Source: Actinomycetota bacterium
GTDB lineage: Bacteria > Actinomycetota > CADDZG01 > JAHWKV01
Assembly (NCBI GenBank): GCA_040905365.1
Contig: JBBDRQ010000080.1
Coordinates: forward strand, 3,326-67,325
Direction of reading: 5' to 3'
DNA: 64,000 nucleotides
The stretch's first letter is position 1; every line of letters begins with the position of its first letter. The translations under genes and the position numbers were made by a program. This document shows positions 37,038 through 45,941 of this stretch, in pieces. The notes under the pieces were generated by a model. That model saw only the letters and a list, made by a program, of their open reading frames with translations. It had not been told where the DNA came from and ran no database searches.

Positions 37038-38285
37038 ATGCAACCGGGCACCGGCGGTGCTTTCAAAGCGGTCAACGAGTTCTTCAACGCCGCCGCCGAC
37101 ATAGTCGAACTCTCCGATGCCAAGCGGGCGGTGCTTGGCGGAATCTACCGGGAGCTTAGGGTCCAGGTCCTTTTGTACAAGGACAACGGCGATGCGGAGG
37201 TGCTGACCGGCTATCGCATCCAGCACAACGGCGCCCGGGGGCCCTACAAGGGTGGCGTGCGCTTTCACCCCAGCGCCAACGTGGATGAGGTCCGCGCGCT
37301 CGCTTCTTTGATGACCTGGAAGACCGCCATCGTCGACGTTCCCTTCGGCGGCGCCAAGGGCGGTATCGAGGTGGATCCGCGCAGACTTTCGCACACCGAG
37401 AAAGAGCGCATGACCCGCGTCTACATCAATCGGATTAGCCACCTCCTGGGATCCCACCGCGACATCCCCGCCCCCGACGTAAACACCGACGCCCAGACGA
37501 TGGCGTGGATGATGGACGAGTACAGCAAGCTGCACGGATACACGCCGGAGATCGTCACCGGCAAACCGATCGCCTTGGGGGGATCCTTCGGGCGCGACGC
37601 CGCCACCGGCCGTGGCGCGGTCATCGTCATGAACGAAGCAGTCGAGTCCATGAAACTCGAGCCCTCCCAGTGCACGGTAGCGATCCAGGGATTCGGCAAC
37701 GTAGGCGGCTGGGCTGCCAGAGTGGCGCACGAGATGGGCTACAAGGTCGTTGCCGTCTCAGACTCGGAGGGGGGCGTCTACGACCCGTTGGGCCTGCAGG
37801 TAAGCCGATTGATCGGCCACCACCGGGAAACCAGGTTCGTCGGCGGATTCAGCGGGGCCGAGCCGGTCACCAACGACGAGTTGTTGCGACTTCCCGTGGA
37901 CATTCTGATACCCGCCGCGCTGGGCGAGGTGATCACCGCCGACAACGCCGACAAGCTGCAGTGCCGGATGGTGGTGGAGGGCGCCAACCACCCGGTAACC
38001 CCGGCGGCGGACGCCATCCTGTGGGATCGGGGAATTGTCGTGGTCCCCGACATCCTGGCCAACGCCGGAGGTGTCATAGTCAGCTACTTCGAGTGGACCC
38101 AGAACATTCAGCAGTTCCGCTGGGACGAGACCGAGGTCAACCGGCGGCTCACCGCCAGATTGGTAGAGGCGTACGACCGGGTTTGCACCTTCGCACAGCT
38201 CCAGGGCGTGTCGCTCAGGCTCGCCGCCTTCTGCATAGCAGTTCAACGGGTGGCCGAAGCCTCCCGCCTGCGCGGCTATATTTAA
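37038..38285 (+). CDS. gdhA: Glu/Leu/Phe/Val dehydrogenase (glutamate dehydrogenase)
   Basis: KGGVRFHP, PFGGAKGG and IQGFGNVG (Rossmann) motifs, 415 aa. Confidence 0.88.
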   Translation: MQPGTGGAFKAVNEFFNAAADIVELSDAKRAVLGGIYRELRVQVLLYKDNGDAEVLTGYRIQHNGARGPYKGGVRFHPSANVDEVRALASLMTWKTAIVDVPFGGAKGGIEVDPRRLSHTEKERMTRVYINRISHLLGSHRDIPAPDVNTDAQTMAWMMDEYSKLHGYTPEIVTGKPIALGGSFGRDAATGRGAVIVMNEAVESMKLEPSQCTVAIQGFGNVGGWAARVAHEMGYKVVAVSDSEGGVYDPLGLQVSRLIGHHRETRFVGGFSGAEPVTNDELLRLPVDILIPAALGEVITADNADKLQCRMVVEGANHPVTPAADAILWDRGIVVVPDILANAGGVIVSYFEWTQNIQQFRWDETEVNRRLTARLVEAYDRVCTFAQLQGVSLRLAAFCIAVQRVAEASRLRGYI

Positions 38286-38304
38286 AGGCCGGAAGGAGGC
38301 ACGG

Positions 38305-39516
38305 GTGGCGCGAAAGGCTGTTTCCGCGCGTATCGGGGCACTGGCCCAATCCATGGCAGGGCTCTTGGACTACCTGGACGATCCGGTCATGCAGGGCGTC
38401 TCCGACCCGGACGCGGCCGATTTCGTTTTCGGCAACCCGCACGACGGGGTGCTGCCGGAATTCTGGCAGGCACTGCAGCGGTGGAGCGAACCCCGCAACC
38501 AGGACTGGTTTGCGTACAAGCTGAACGAATCGGAGGCGACCGAACTGGTGGCCTCCTTTCTCACCCTGACACGCAGCCGGCCCTGGCCGGCAGAGCGGGT
38601 GCTGATGACCAACGGCACCTTCGCGGGCCTGGCGGTCAGCCTCAACGCCCTGGTGGACCCCACAGACGAGGTCATCTATGCCCGGCCTCCATGGTTTTTC
38701 TACGAAGCGCTGATCCGGTCCGTAGGGGCGCAACCGGTGGAGGTGGAACCGGCCGCCGATTTTGGGCTCGATCTCGACGCCATAGCCGGGGCCCTGACGT
38801 CCCAGACCCGGGCGATCATAGTCAACTCACCCAACAACCCGACCGGTCGGATCTACCCGGCGGAGGTGCTCGAGAACCTGGCCGAGGTGTTACGCGACGC
38901 AACGGTTCGCGCGGGGCGGCCTATCTACCTGCTGTCGGACGAGGCGTACAACCGAATTCTTTTCGATGGACGCGAGTTTCCCAGCCCCACCGACCATTAC
39001 GACCACTCGGTGCTGCTGTACACCTACGGCAAGACGCTGCTGGCCCCCGGGCAGCGCTTGGGCTACATAGCCCTGTCGCCGGCGATGCCGGATGCCGAGG
39101 AGGTTCGTCAAAGCCTGTTCCTGGCTCAGACGCTGTGCGGATGGGCTTTCCCCAGCGCACTGATGCAGCATGCGCTGGCCGACATTCAGTTGCTGTCAAT
39201 TGACGTCGACCGTCTCCAGCGCAGGCGGGATCGCGTGGTAGCCGGCTTGAGGCAAGCCGGCTACCAATCCAACCTGCCGGAGGGGACTTTCTACCTGCTG
39301 GTGAAAAGCCCGACGCCGGACGATGTCGCGTTCTGCAGGAAATTGGCCGAAAAAGGTGTATTCGTCCTACCGGGACGGGCCTTTGAGACGCCCGGTTACT
39401 TCCGTATCTCGCTTACCGCCAACGACCGCATGATCGACAAAGCCCTGCCGGTATTCGCCGAAGTGTTCGCTTCGGTTGCGACCACCTCACCGTCTCCCGA
39501 AGGCGACGGGCGGTAG
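38305..39516 (+). CDS. class I/II PLP-dependent aminotransferase
   Basis: NSPNNPTG and YTYGKTLLAPGQRLGY (PLP-Lys region). GTG start. Confidence 0.8.
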   Translation: MARKAVSARIGALAQSMAGLLDYLDDPVMQGVSDPDAADFVFGNPHDGVLPEFWQALQRWSEPRNQDWFAYKLNESEATELVASFLTLTRSRPWPAERVLMTNGTFAGLAVSLNALVDPTDEVIYARPPWFFYEALIRSVGAQPVEVEPAADFGLDLDAIAGALTSQTRAIIVNSPNNPTGRIYPAEVLENLAEVLRDATVRAGRPIYLLSDEAYNRILFDGREFPSPTDHYDHSVLLYTYGKTLLAPGQRLGYIALSPAMPDAEEVRQSLFLAQTLCGWAFPSALMQHALADIQLLSIDVDRLQRRRDRVVAGLRQAGYQSNLPEGTFYLLVKSPTPDDVAFCRKLAEKGVFVLPGRAFETPGYFRISLTANDRMIDKALPVFAEVFASVATTSPSPEGDGR

Positions 39517-39539
39517 GTCCGAAAGCGAATTCTCGAACG

Positions 39540-41513
39540 CTACCAACTGGCTACGAAAAGACCGCCCATCATTACCAGGGGGATGAGCGTCCACACCACC
39601 TCGAAGGCCAGCTCCCGCACCCGTCCGGGGGATTCGCTGCGCTGGCGATACCCGACCACCCGCACCACCACCGCCGAGGAGAACACCACAAACACGACGG
39701 CTGCCGCTATCAGTACCGGGGCGTACAAGAACTCCAGGGCCGGAGTGCCTATCAGCCGGTCCGCAGCCAGGGCAGAAAACAGAAGCACCAGATAGCTGAT
39801 CGAGAACTTGAACAGGCCCATCGCGCTCATCGGGTCGGGGTTGGCGCGCAGCCTGATCGAGTAAAAGGTGAATAATCCGCCCAGAATCACGGCCGAACCG
39901 AGATACAAAACGCCGAGCTGAGCCACCGGGTACATCAGCAGGCTGACGGCTAAGAGCACCACCGAGTACAGCACGATCTGCCGGGTAGTCTCGTCGACGC
40001 CCTGAACTACCGGCAGCATGGGTACACCGGCTTGCTCGTACTCGTCGGAGTACCTCAGCGCCAACGCCCAAAAGTGCGGAGGTGTCCAGTAAAAGATGAT
40101 CGCAAACAACACCCACGCCGCCGGGTGCAGCGAGTTGGTCACCGCCGCCCAGCCGACCAGTGCCGGCGCCGCACCGGCGGCTCCGCCGATCACGATGTTG
40201 GACGGAGTAGAGCGCTTCAGCCCGATCGTGTAGACGAACACGTAGAACAGGATCGCCGACGAGGCCAGCGCGGCCGCCAGGAAGTTGATGGCAACAGTCA
40301 TGAACACCAGGCTGACCACGCCCAGCACCACCCCGAAGACGGCTGCATTGCGGGGCTCCACCTGGTTGGTCGGCAACGGCCGGATCGCGGTACGCGCCAT
40401 CTTTTGATCGATGTCCCGGTCAAAGTAGCAGTTGATCGCATTAGCCGATCCCGCGGCCAGGCTTCCGCCCAGCAGGGTCGCCAGCACCAGCCAGCCCGGC
40501 GGCCAGCCGCCCTCGGCAACGATCATGGCGGGCACGGTCGTGATCAAAAGCAGCTCGATGATGCGAGGCTTGGTTAGCATGAAGTAGGCCTTGACGCGCC
40601 CCCCTTTCTTCGATGCCGGCCGAGGCGCCCTTTCCTGGGACGCCCCCAACTCCGCCCGCCGGTAGCTCAGTACGGCCAGGGCCACCACCGCAACCCACAA
40701 CAGCTCCCCGGTCAACACGTGGGCCACGATCGTCCACCGGGCACCCCCGCTGAGTACGTAGGTGCCTCCTACGGCTACCTGGACAATCCACAACGCAAAC
40801 GCGCCATGGCCAAGCATCAGGAGCTGAGGATCCTTCGGGTCGCGCTTTGCCAGGCGAAATCCCTGGTACGCCAAGACGCCTCCCAAAAGTGCGGCGAGGA
40901 TTCGGTGCAGGTAGTGGACCAGCGGCGGTCCCGGATCCGGAGGAACCACCGATCCGTCCATCAGCGGCCAGTCGGAAAACGCGAGGCCGGCCGAGCTCTG
41001 TACGACCGCCGCCCCGACCATCAGCACCAAAAACGTGGAGGCACCCGAGAACAACGCAAGCTTGGACGTGCGGTCCAAGCCGCCCCCGCGCGCGGTAAAA
41101 CTGCTCACCGTAGCGAAGGTAAGCAAACCTACCAGTGCAAGCGAAAGGAAAAAATGCAGCACTACCAGGTCGGCGTGCAGCTCGTCCAACACGACCTGGC
41201 GCCCGACCCCGGCCTGGATGATCACCGTCACCAGAGCGGCAAAAGCCGGCCAGAAGACCGGACCCACCGATCTGTATTTGAGCCAGGCGGTAATCGCCAA
41301 CGCCAGCACCAAGAAGCCGACGATCGAAGCGGCCAGCCGGTGGCTGTACTCGATGATCGCGGTCTGCTCCATCGGCGGGATCCACTGCCCGTGACACCTG
41401 GGCCAATCCGGGCAGCCCAAACCTGACCCGGTGGCTCGCACCAGGGCGCCGACAAAGACCAATACGATGGCCAGGACCGTCGTGGTCGAGGCCAGCTTCT
41501 GAAAACGATTCAT
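39540..41513 (-). CDS. ctaB: fused heme A synthase (CtaA/COX15, N-terminal) and protoheme IX farnesyltransferase (CtaB, central), with an extra C-terminal 2-TM tail
   Basis: aa 1-~290: RATGSGLGCPDWPRCHG, EYSHRL and HRILA (CtaA). aa ~305-590: MLTKPRIIELL...GSANAINCYFDRDID...RPLP...YWTPPHFWALA (CtaB). The last ~70 aa resemble the CoxII N-terminal hairpin. Confidence 0.85.
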   Translation of the reverse strand: MNRFQKLASTTTVLAIVLVFVGALVRATGSGLGCPDWPRCHGQWIPPMEQTAIIEYSHRLAASIVGFLVLALAITAWLKYRSVGPVFWPAFAALVTVIIQAGVGRQVVLDELHADLVVLHFFLSLALVGLLTFATVSSFTARGGGLDRTSKLALFSGASTFLVLMVGAAVVQSSAGLAFSDWPLMDGSVVPPDPGPPLVHYLHRILAALLGGVLAYQGFRLAKRDPKDPQLLMLGHGAFALWIVQVAVGGTYVLSGGARWTIVAHVLTGELLWVAVVALAVLSYRRAELGASQERAPRPASKKGGRVKAYFMLTKPRIIELLLITTVPAMIVAEGGWPPGWLVLATLLGGSLAAGSANAINCYFDRDIDQKMARTAIRPLPTNQVEPRNAAVFGVVLGVVSLVFMTVAINFLAAALASSAILFYVFVYTIGLKRSTPSNIVIGGAAGAAPALVGWAAVTNSLHPAAWVLFAIIFYWTPPHFWALALRYSDEYEQAGVPMLPVVQGVDETTRQIVLYSVVLLAVSLLMYPVAQLGVLYLGSAVILGGLFTFYSIRLRANPDPMSAMGLFKFSISYLVLLFSALAADRLIGTPALEFLYAPVLIAAAVVFVVFSSAVVVRVVGYRQRSESPGRVRELAFEVVWTLIPLVMMGGLFVASW

Positions 41514-41570
41514 CTAGGAGTGCTCACAGTATCGGACCAATCGCATGGGCTTTTGGCCCAGTGCGCCGAA

Positions 41571-42152
41571 TCATTCGACGATCGCGGTCCCGTTCATGTT
41601 CGGGTGCACGTCGCACAGGAAGTAGTACTCACCGGCCGGGATGGGTTCGACCTCCCACTCTCTGACCTCCGGCCCGGGAAAAAAGTCCTCCCGAAACACG
41701 GCTTCCGAGGCGCCCTCCTCTTCGAGAATTGTGACGTTGTGGGGCTGGGCCTCCTGATTTTCGAACCGGAGGATAAAGGGCGTGTCCGCCGGAATATTCA
41801 ATTCGTCTTTGTCGAACTGGAGGTTGTCGGCCGCGATCTCCACCACCGGCAGTTCCTCTTCTTCGGCGTGGTCATCCGGGAAATCGACCACGCCGGCAAC
41901 CGCGGCACCCCCTATTAGCAGCGGAACCAAAGCGATGCCCGCGAGCATGCTCATTGAGGCCTTTCCCAGCTTCTTCGCCGCGGCCGCCGCCGCAAAGCCC
42001 ATGAGCAGATTGAACGCCAGCAACAGGGCGATGCCCGTTGCAACCGTGTGGGGGACATTGAGCAGGATGTAGGACACCGACAAAGCCAAGAAACCTATGA
42101 ACGCCAGGGCGCCGACGGGTATCAAGATGGGCAGCAAAAGGCGGTCCCGCAT
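41571..42152 (-). CDS. membrane-anchored cupredoxin (type-1 copper) protein
   Basis: Three N-terminal TM helices, then a beta-rich domain with HNV...YYFLCDVHPNMNG (His...Cys-x2-His-x2-Met ligand set). The ATG at 42152 lies 8 nt after the ctaG stop. Confidence 0.75.
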   Translation of the reverse strand: MRDRLLLPILIPVGALAFIGFLALSVSYILLNVPHTVATGIALLLAFNLLMGFAAAAAAKKLGKASMSMLAGIALVPLLIGGAAVAGVVDFPDDHAEEEELPVVEIAADNLQFDKDELNIPADTPFILRFENQEAQPHNVTILEEEGASEAVFREDFFPGPEVREWEVEPIPAGEYYFLCDVHPNMNGTAIVE

Positions 42153-42160
42153 TTCATTGT

Positions 42161-43042
42161 TCACCGCACGACCTCCATCTTGTTGACCTCTCTTTCCAGC
42201 TCCTGCCAGGTTGTTTCGTCCGGGATCCCCGACTCTTCCCGGGCAGCCCACTTGAAGAACAGATAAGCGATTATCGCCCAGAGCAGCAACCCGCCACCCA
42301 GCTTCATAATCAGTCCGGAGACCTGAGCGTCGGCAACCGCGTCGAAGCCGGTGATCAGCCTCGGCATCTCAGCATACGCACCATACAGCGGGTGCTCGGC
42401 AAAGGTCAGAAACGACGCCGGGACCGTCGGCACGATGGTCTGCCCGAACAAGTAAAGCATCTGTCCGGGCGGGCTGATGCGCGGAAGCTCGGTCATCGGG
42501 CTAAACACCGGCCACCACATGATCAGCGCCGACGCCATCAGCACGAAGTGGACGCCGAAATGAAACAGCTCGTTGTTCACGCTGGTGTTGACCATCCACG
42601 GCAGGTGGGTAAACACCAGTAGTCCGTTGAACAGCAACAGGGCGGGCAGCGGCCTGGTGAGCCGCCGCATTGCGGCCATCAGCCACTCGGGCTTGAGCAG
42701 ACGCCTGGCCATCCAGTCGGGCGTGCCCAGCAACAGCAACGGCGCCGCTACCATGGTGAACAGCATGTGCTGCACCATGTGTACGCTGAACAGATAGTTC
42801 TCAGCCAGGTCGTGTACCGGCCAGTCCGCCCCGATCCACAGGGCGGCTATACCCAGGGCAAAGAACCAAACCTGCGCCTTGGTTGCCGCCGGTTCGGCCG
42901 GCGAGACGTGCTCCGGACCCCAGTAGCGAACTGCCAGGGCGTACAGACCCAGCGCCCCGATCATCACGGCCCACACCGACGGATACGGCGACCAGCGCAT
43001 CAGGTCTCCGTTTACGTGAGCTAGAAGCATCTCAGCTTGCAC
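42161..43042 (-). CDS. ctaG: cytochrome c oxidase assembly factor CtaG (Caa3_CtaG family)
   Basis: Polytopic membrane protein with SVHMVQHMLFTMVAAPLLLLG motif. Its operon position follows subunit IV. Confidence 0.78.
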   Translation of the reverse strand: MQAEMLLAHVNGDLMRWSPYPSVWAVMIGALGLYALAVRYWGPEHVSPAEPAATKAQVWFFALGIAALWIGADWPVHDLAENYLFSVHMVQHMLFTMVAAPLLLLGTPDWMARRLLKPEWLMAAMRRLTRPLPALLLFNGLLVFTHLPWMVNTSVNNELFHFGVHFVLMASALIMWWPVFSPMTELPRISPPGQMLYLFGQTIVPTVPASFLTFAEHPLYGAYAEMPRLITGFDAVADAQVSGLIMKLGGGLLLWAIIAYLFFKWAAREESGIPDETTWQELEREVNKMEVVR

Positions 43043-43060
43043 CGCCGGCTGGTTGGGCGC

Positions 43061-43372
43061 TCAAGCCGCCCCCGGCAACCGGGTGGCGAAGGTAAACGTC
43101 CACAGCACGACACCAAACACTGCGAGCGCCAAGACGATGCCGAGATAAAAAAAGCGCCGGAAAACCTTGCTGTCGAACTTCAGGTGCATGAAGTAGGCAG
43201 CCACCATGAAGAACTTGACCACCATCATCGTGCTCAGAATCAGGCGGAAGTACTCTTCCCAGACAGACACGTAGATCACCGCAACCTCAGCCGCGGTGAC
43301 GATCGCGAGGATTACCGCAATCTTGACGTACTGATATTCAGTTGGGTGATCGTGCAAGTGCTCTTCTGTCAC
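43061..43372 (-). CDS. ctaF: cytochrome c oxidase subunit IV (prokaryotic COX4 family)
   Basis: YVKIAVILAIVTAAEVA...VVKFFMVAAYFMHLKFD. The GTG at 43372 is preceded by GGAGAGAGG. Confidence 0.75.
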   Translation of the reverse strand: MTEEHLHDHPTEYQYVKIAVILAIVTAAEVAVIYVSVWEEYFRLILSTMMVVKFFMVAAYFMHLKFDSKVFRRFFYLGIVLALAVFGVVLWTFTFATRLPGAA

Positions 43373-43391
43373 AACCTCTCTCCGTATCGCT

Positions 43392-44000
43392 CTAGGGGAA
43401 CAGGTACACAACGGTGAAAATCAGGATCCACACGATGTCGACAAAGTGCCAGTACAAACCGACCATCTCCACCTTGCTGGCATCGGCCTGAGGCAGCCGG
43501 TCCAGCTTCGACAGCGAGTACATGCTCAACAGCATCATGATCCCCAGTGTCACGTGCGCCCCGTGGAACCCGGTCAGGACGAAAAAACTGGATGCGAACG
43601 GGCTCGTGGTCAGGGTCAGACCCTCCGCGTAGAAGGTCGTGAACTCGTACACCTGCCCTGCGATGAAGCTGGACCCCAGCAGTGCCGTGGCCATCAACCA
43701 GATCCTTAGCTTGCGGTGATCGCCCTTTTGGATGGAGGACAGAGCCAGCACCATGGTCAGCGAGCTCATCAGCAGTACGAATGAGCTGACCGAGGTGAAG
43801 GGAATATCGTAAATCTCGTGCCGAGTTGGCCCACTGCCGACCCGGTCCCGGTAGAGCAGGTGGGCGGAGATGAAGGCTCCGAAGAACAGGCACTCAGAAC
43901 CCAAAAAGGCCCACATGGCCATCTTGACGTTGTCCAAACCGGTGTAGGTCTGGTGCGCCCCGTGCTCGTGCTCGGTGGCTACCGCAGCTGAATCGGACAT
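43392..44000 (-). CDS. ctaE: cytochrome c oxidase subunit III
   Basis: MAMWAFLGSECLFFGAFI...VLTGFHGAHVTLG...YWHFVDIVW. The ATG shares one base with the ctaD stop (TGATG). Confidence 0.9.
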   Translation of the reverse strand: MSDSAAVATEHEHGAHQTYTGLDNVKMAMWAFLGSECLFFGAFISAHLLYRDRVGSGPTRHEIYDIPFTSVSSFVLLMSSLTMVLALSSIQKGDHRKLRIWLMATALLGSSFIAGQVYEFTTFYAEGLTLTTSPFASSFFVLTGFHGAHVTLGIMMLLSMYSLSKLDRLPQADASKVEMVGLYWHFVDIVWILIFTVVYLFP

Positions 44001-45928
44001 CAGTGACCCTCCCCCGCGGTCGCCGGCTCCAGTACCCAACCGTAGAATCCGCTCAAACACACAACGGCGCCGAGTATCCCGACCAACCAGGACGCCATGA
44101 TCACCCCGGCCGCCATCATCGGCATCCCGGCTGCAGCGACCAGCGGGAAGTAGGACGGAGAAGGTAGATGGATGCCGTGGCCTTCCTCGCCGTGGCCTTC
44201 CTCGCCGTGGCCTTCCTCGGCCGGAGCGTCATCTGAGGATTCGGCGTCGGCGCCACCGGTCGGCACGGGAACAGGCCGGCCCTTCTTGTCTTCCTTGTAC
44301 TTGCGATGCCAGAAATCGTCCCGCTCCTCGACCTGTGGAATCTCGGCAAAGTTGTACTCGGGCGGCGGGGACGGGATGGTCCACTCCAGCGTCCGGCCGT
44401 CCCAGGGATCCTCGATCGCCTTCTCGCCGGAGCGCTTGCTCTTGACCCAGTTGTACATGAAGACGATGGTGGACAGAGCGATTATGAAAGCCCCGATGGT
44501 GGAGACCATGTTCCACATCCCCCAGCCCAAACCCTCCTGGTAGGTGTAGTAGCGGCGGGGCATGCCCTTGAGGCCCAGGATGTGAAACGGGCCGAACGTC
44601 AGGTTGAAACCGATCATCATCATCCAAAAGTGCACTTTGCCCAAGGTCTCGTCCAAGAGCTTTCCGTAAACCTTTGGGAACCAGTAGTAAAGGCCGCCGA
44701 ACAGCCCGAGAATGGCTCCGCCGAACAGTACGTAGTGGAAGTGGGCCACGATGTAGTAGGTGTCCTGCTGCTGAGCGTCGTGCGGGACGATCGAGTGAGT
44801 CACACCCGAGAGCCCACCGATGATGAACATGGCTATGAAACCGATCGAAAACAGCATCGGCGTGTTGAACTTGAGTTTTCCGCCGGCCATTGTGGCCATC
44901 CAGTTGAAGATCTTCACGCCGGTCGGCACCGCGATGAACATCGTCGACACCGCGAAGGCGGCGTTGGCGGCCGGGCCCAGGCCAACGGTGAACATGTGGT
45001 GCGCCCACACGCCCCACCCCATGAAGCCGATGGCCGCTCCGGAGAACACGACGAAGCTGTAGCCGAACAGCGGCTTGCGGGAAAAAGTCGGCAAAATCTC
45101 GCTCACGATACCCATCGCGGGCAGGATCAGGATGTAGACCTCCGGGTGCCCGAACAGCCAGAACAGGTGCTGCCACAAGATCGGGTCACCGCCGCCGGAA
45201 GCGTCGAAGAACAGCGTCCCGAAGCTTCGGTCGAAGGTCATCATGAACAGCGCCACCGCGATGATCGGCATGGCGAACAACAGCAGGAAGTTCACGATCA
45301 GCGACATCCAGATGAACACGGGCATCTTCAGCAGCTTCATACCCGGCGCCCTCATATTCAAGATCGTCACGATGAAGTTGGCCGAGGCCACGATGGAGGC
45401 CACACCCAGGATCTGCAGACCCAAGGCGTAGAAGTCCATCCGGTTGCCGCCCGGCAAAAAGCCTTCAGCCGTGGTCAACGGCGCGTACCCGAACCAGCCG
45501 CCGTCGGGGGCGCCGCCGAAAAACCAACTCGAGTAGATGAACAGCCCGCCGAACAAGAAAACCCAGTAGCTTAGCGAGTTCAGCCTTGGAAAGGCCACGT
45601 CTCTGGCCCCGATCATCAACGGGATCATGTAGTTGAAAAACGCCGCGCCCATGGGCATGACGACCAGGAAGATCATCGTCACCCCGTGGGTGGTGAACAT
45701 TTGGTTGTATACGTCGGCGCTCAGCACCTGGCCGTCGGCTGTGGCCAGCTGCAAACGGATCAGCAGCGCCTCCAAACCGCCCAGGATGAAAAAAGCGAAG
45801 GCGGTGTAGCCGTACATGATGCCGATTCGTTTGTGGTCGACGGTCGTAACCCAGCTCCATATCCCGGTCTTTGCGCTGGGACGGCGCAAGAACCGGGGTG
45901 TGGCCGGGGTCGGCGTTGCAGACGTCAT
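44000..45928 (-). CDS. ctaD: cytochrome c oxidase subunit I with C-terminal 2-TM extension
   Basis: WVTTVDHKRIG, FFGHPEVYILILP, HHMF and HFHYVL heme/CuB ligand motifs. 642 aa including the tail ...HLPSPSYFPLV... and (EEGHG)3. Confidence 0.95.
   Translation of the reverse strand: MTSATPTPATPRFLRRPSAKTGIWSWVTTVDHKRIGIMYGYTAFAFFILGGLEALLIRLQLATADGQVLSADVYNQMFTTHGVTMIFLVVMPMGAAFFNYMIPLMIGARDVAFPRLNSLSYWVFLFGGLFIYSSWFFGGAPDGGWFGYAPLTTAEGFLPGGNRMDFYALGLQILGVASIVASANFIVTILNMRAPGMKLLKMPVFIWMSLIVNFLLLFAMPIIAVALFMMTFDRSFGTLFFDASGGGDPILWQHLFWLFGHPEVYILILPAMGIVSEILPTFSRKPLFGYSFVVFSGAAIGFMGWGVWAHHMFTVGLGPAANAAFAVSTMFIAVPTGVKIFNWMATMAGGKLKFNTPMLFSIGFIAMFIIGGLSGVTHSIVPHDAQQQDTYYIVAHFHYVLFGGAILGLFGGLYYWFPKVYGKLLDETLGKVHFWMMMIGFNLTFGPFHILGLKGMPRRYYTYQEGLGWGMWNMVSTIGAFIIALSTIVFMYNWVKSKRSGEKAIEDPWDGRTLEWTIPSPPPEYNFAEIPQVEERDDFWHRKYKEDKKGRPVPVPTGGADAESSDDAPAEEGHGEEGHGEEGHGIHLPSPSYFPLVAAAGMPMMAAGVIMASWLVGILGAVVCLSGFYGWVLEPATAGEGH
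44174..44218 (-). repeat. 3 x 15-nt perfect tandem repeat encoding (GHGEE)3 in the ctaD tail
   Basis: gccgtggccttcctc is repeated three times head-to-tail on the + strand. Confidence 0.9.
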
Positions 45929-45941
45929 CGGTGCTCTCCCA

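Noticed and set aside
44160-44230. CRISPR-like or mobile repeat.
   Set aside because: These are three directly abutting 15-nt units with no spacers, in-frame inside ctaD. It is a simple coding microsatellite.
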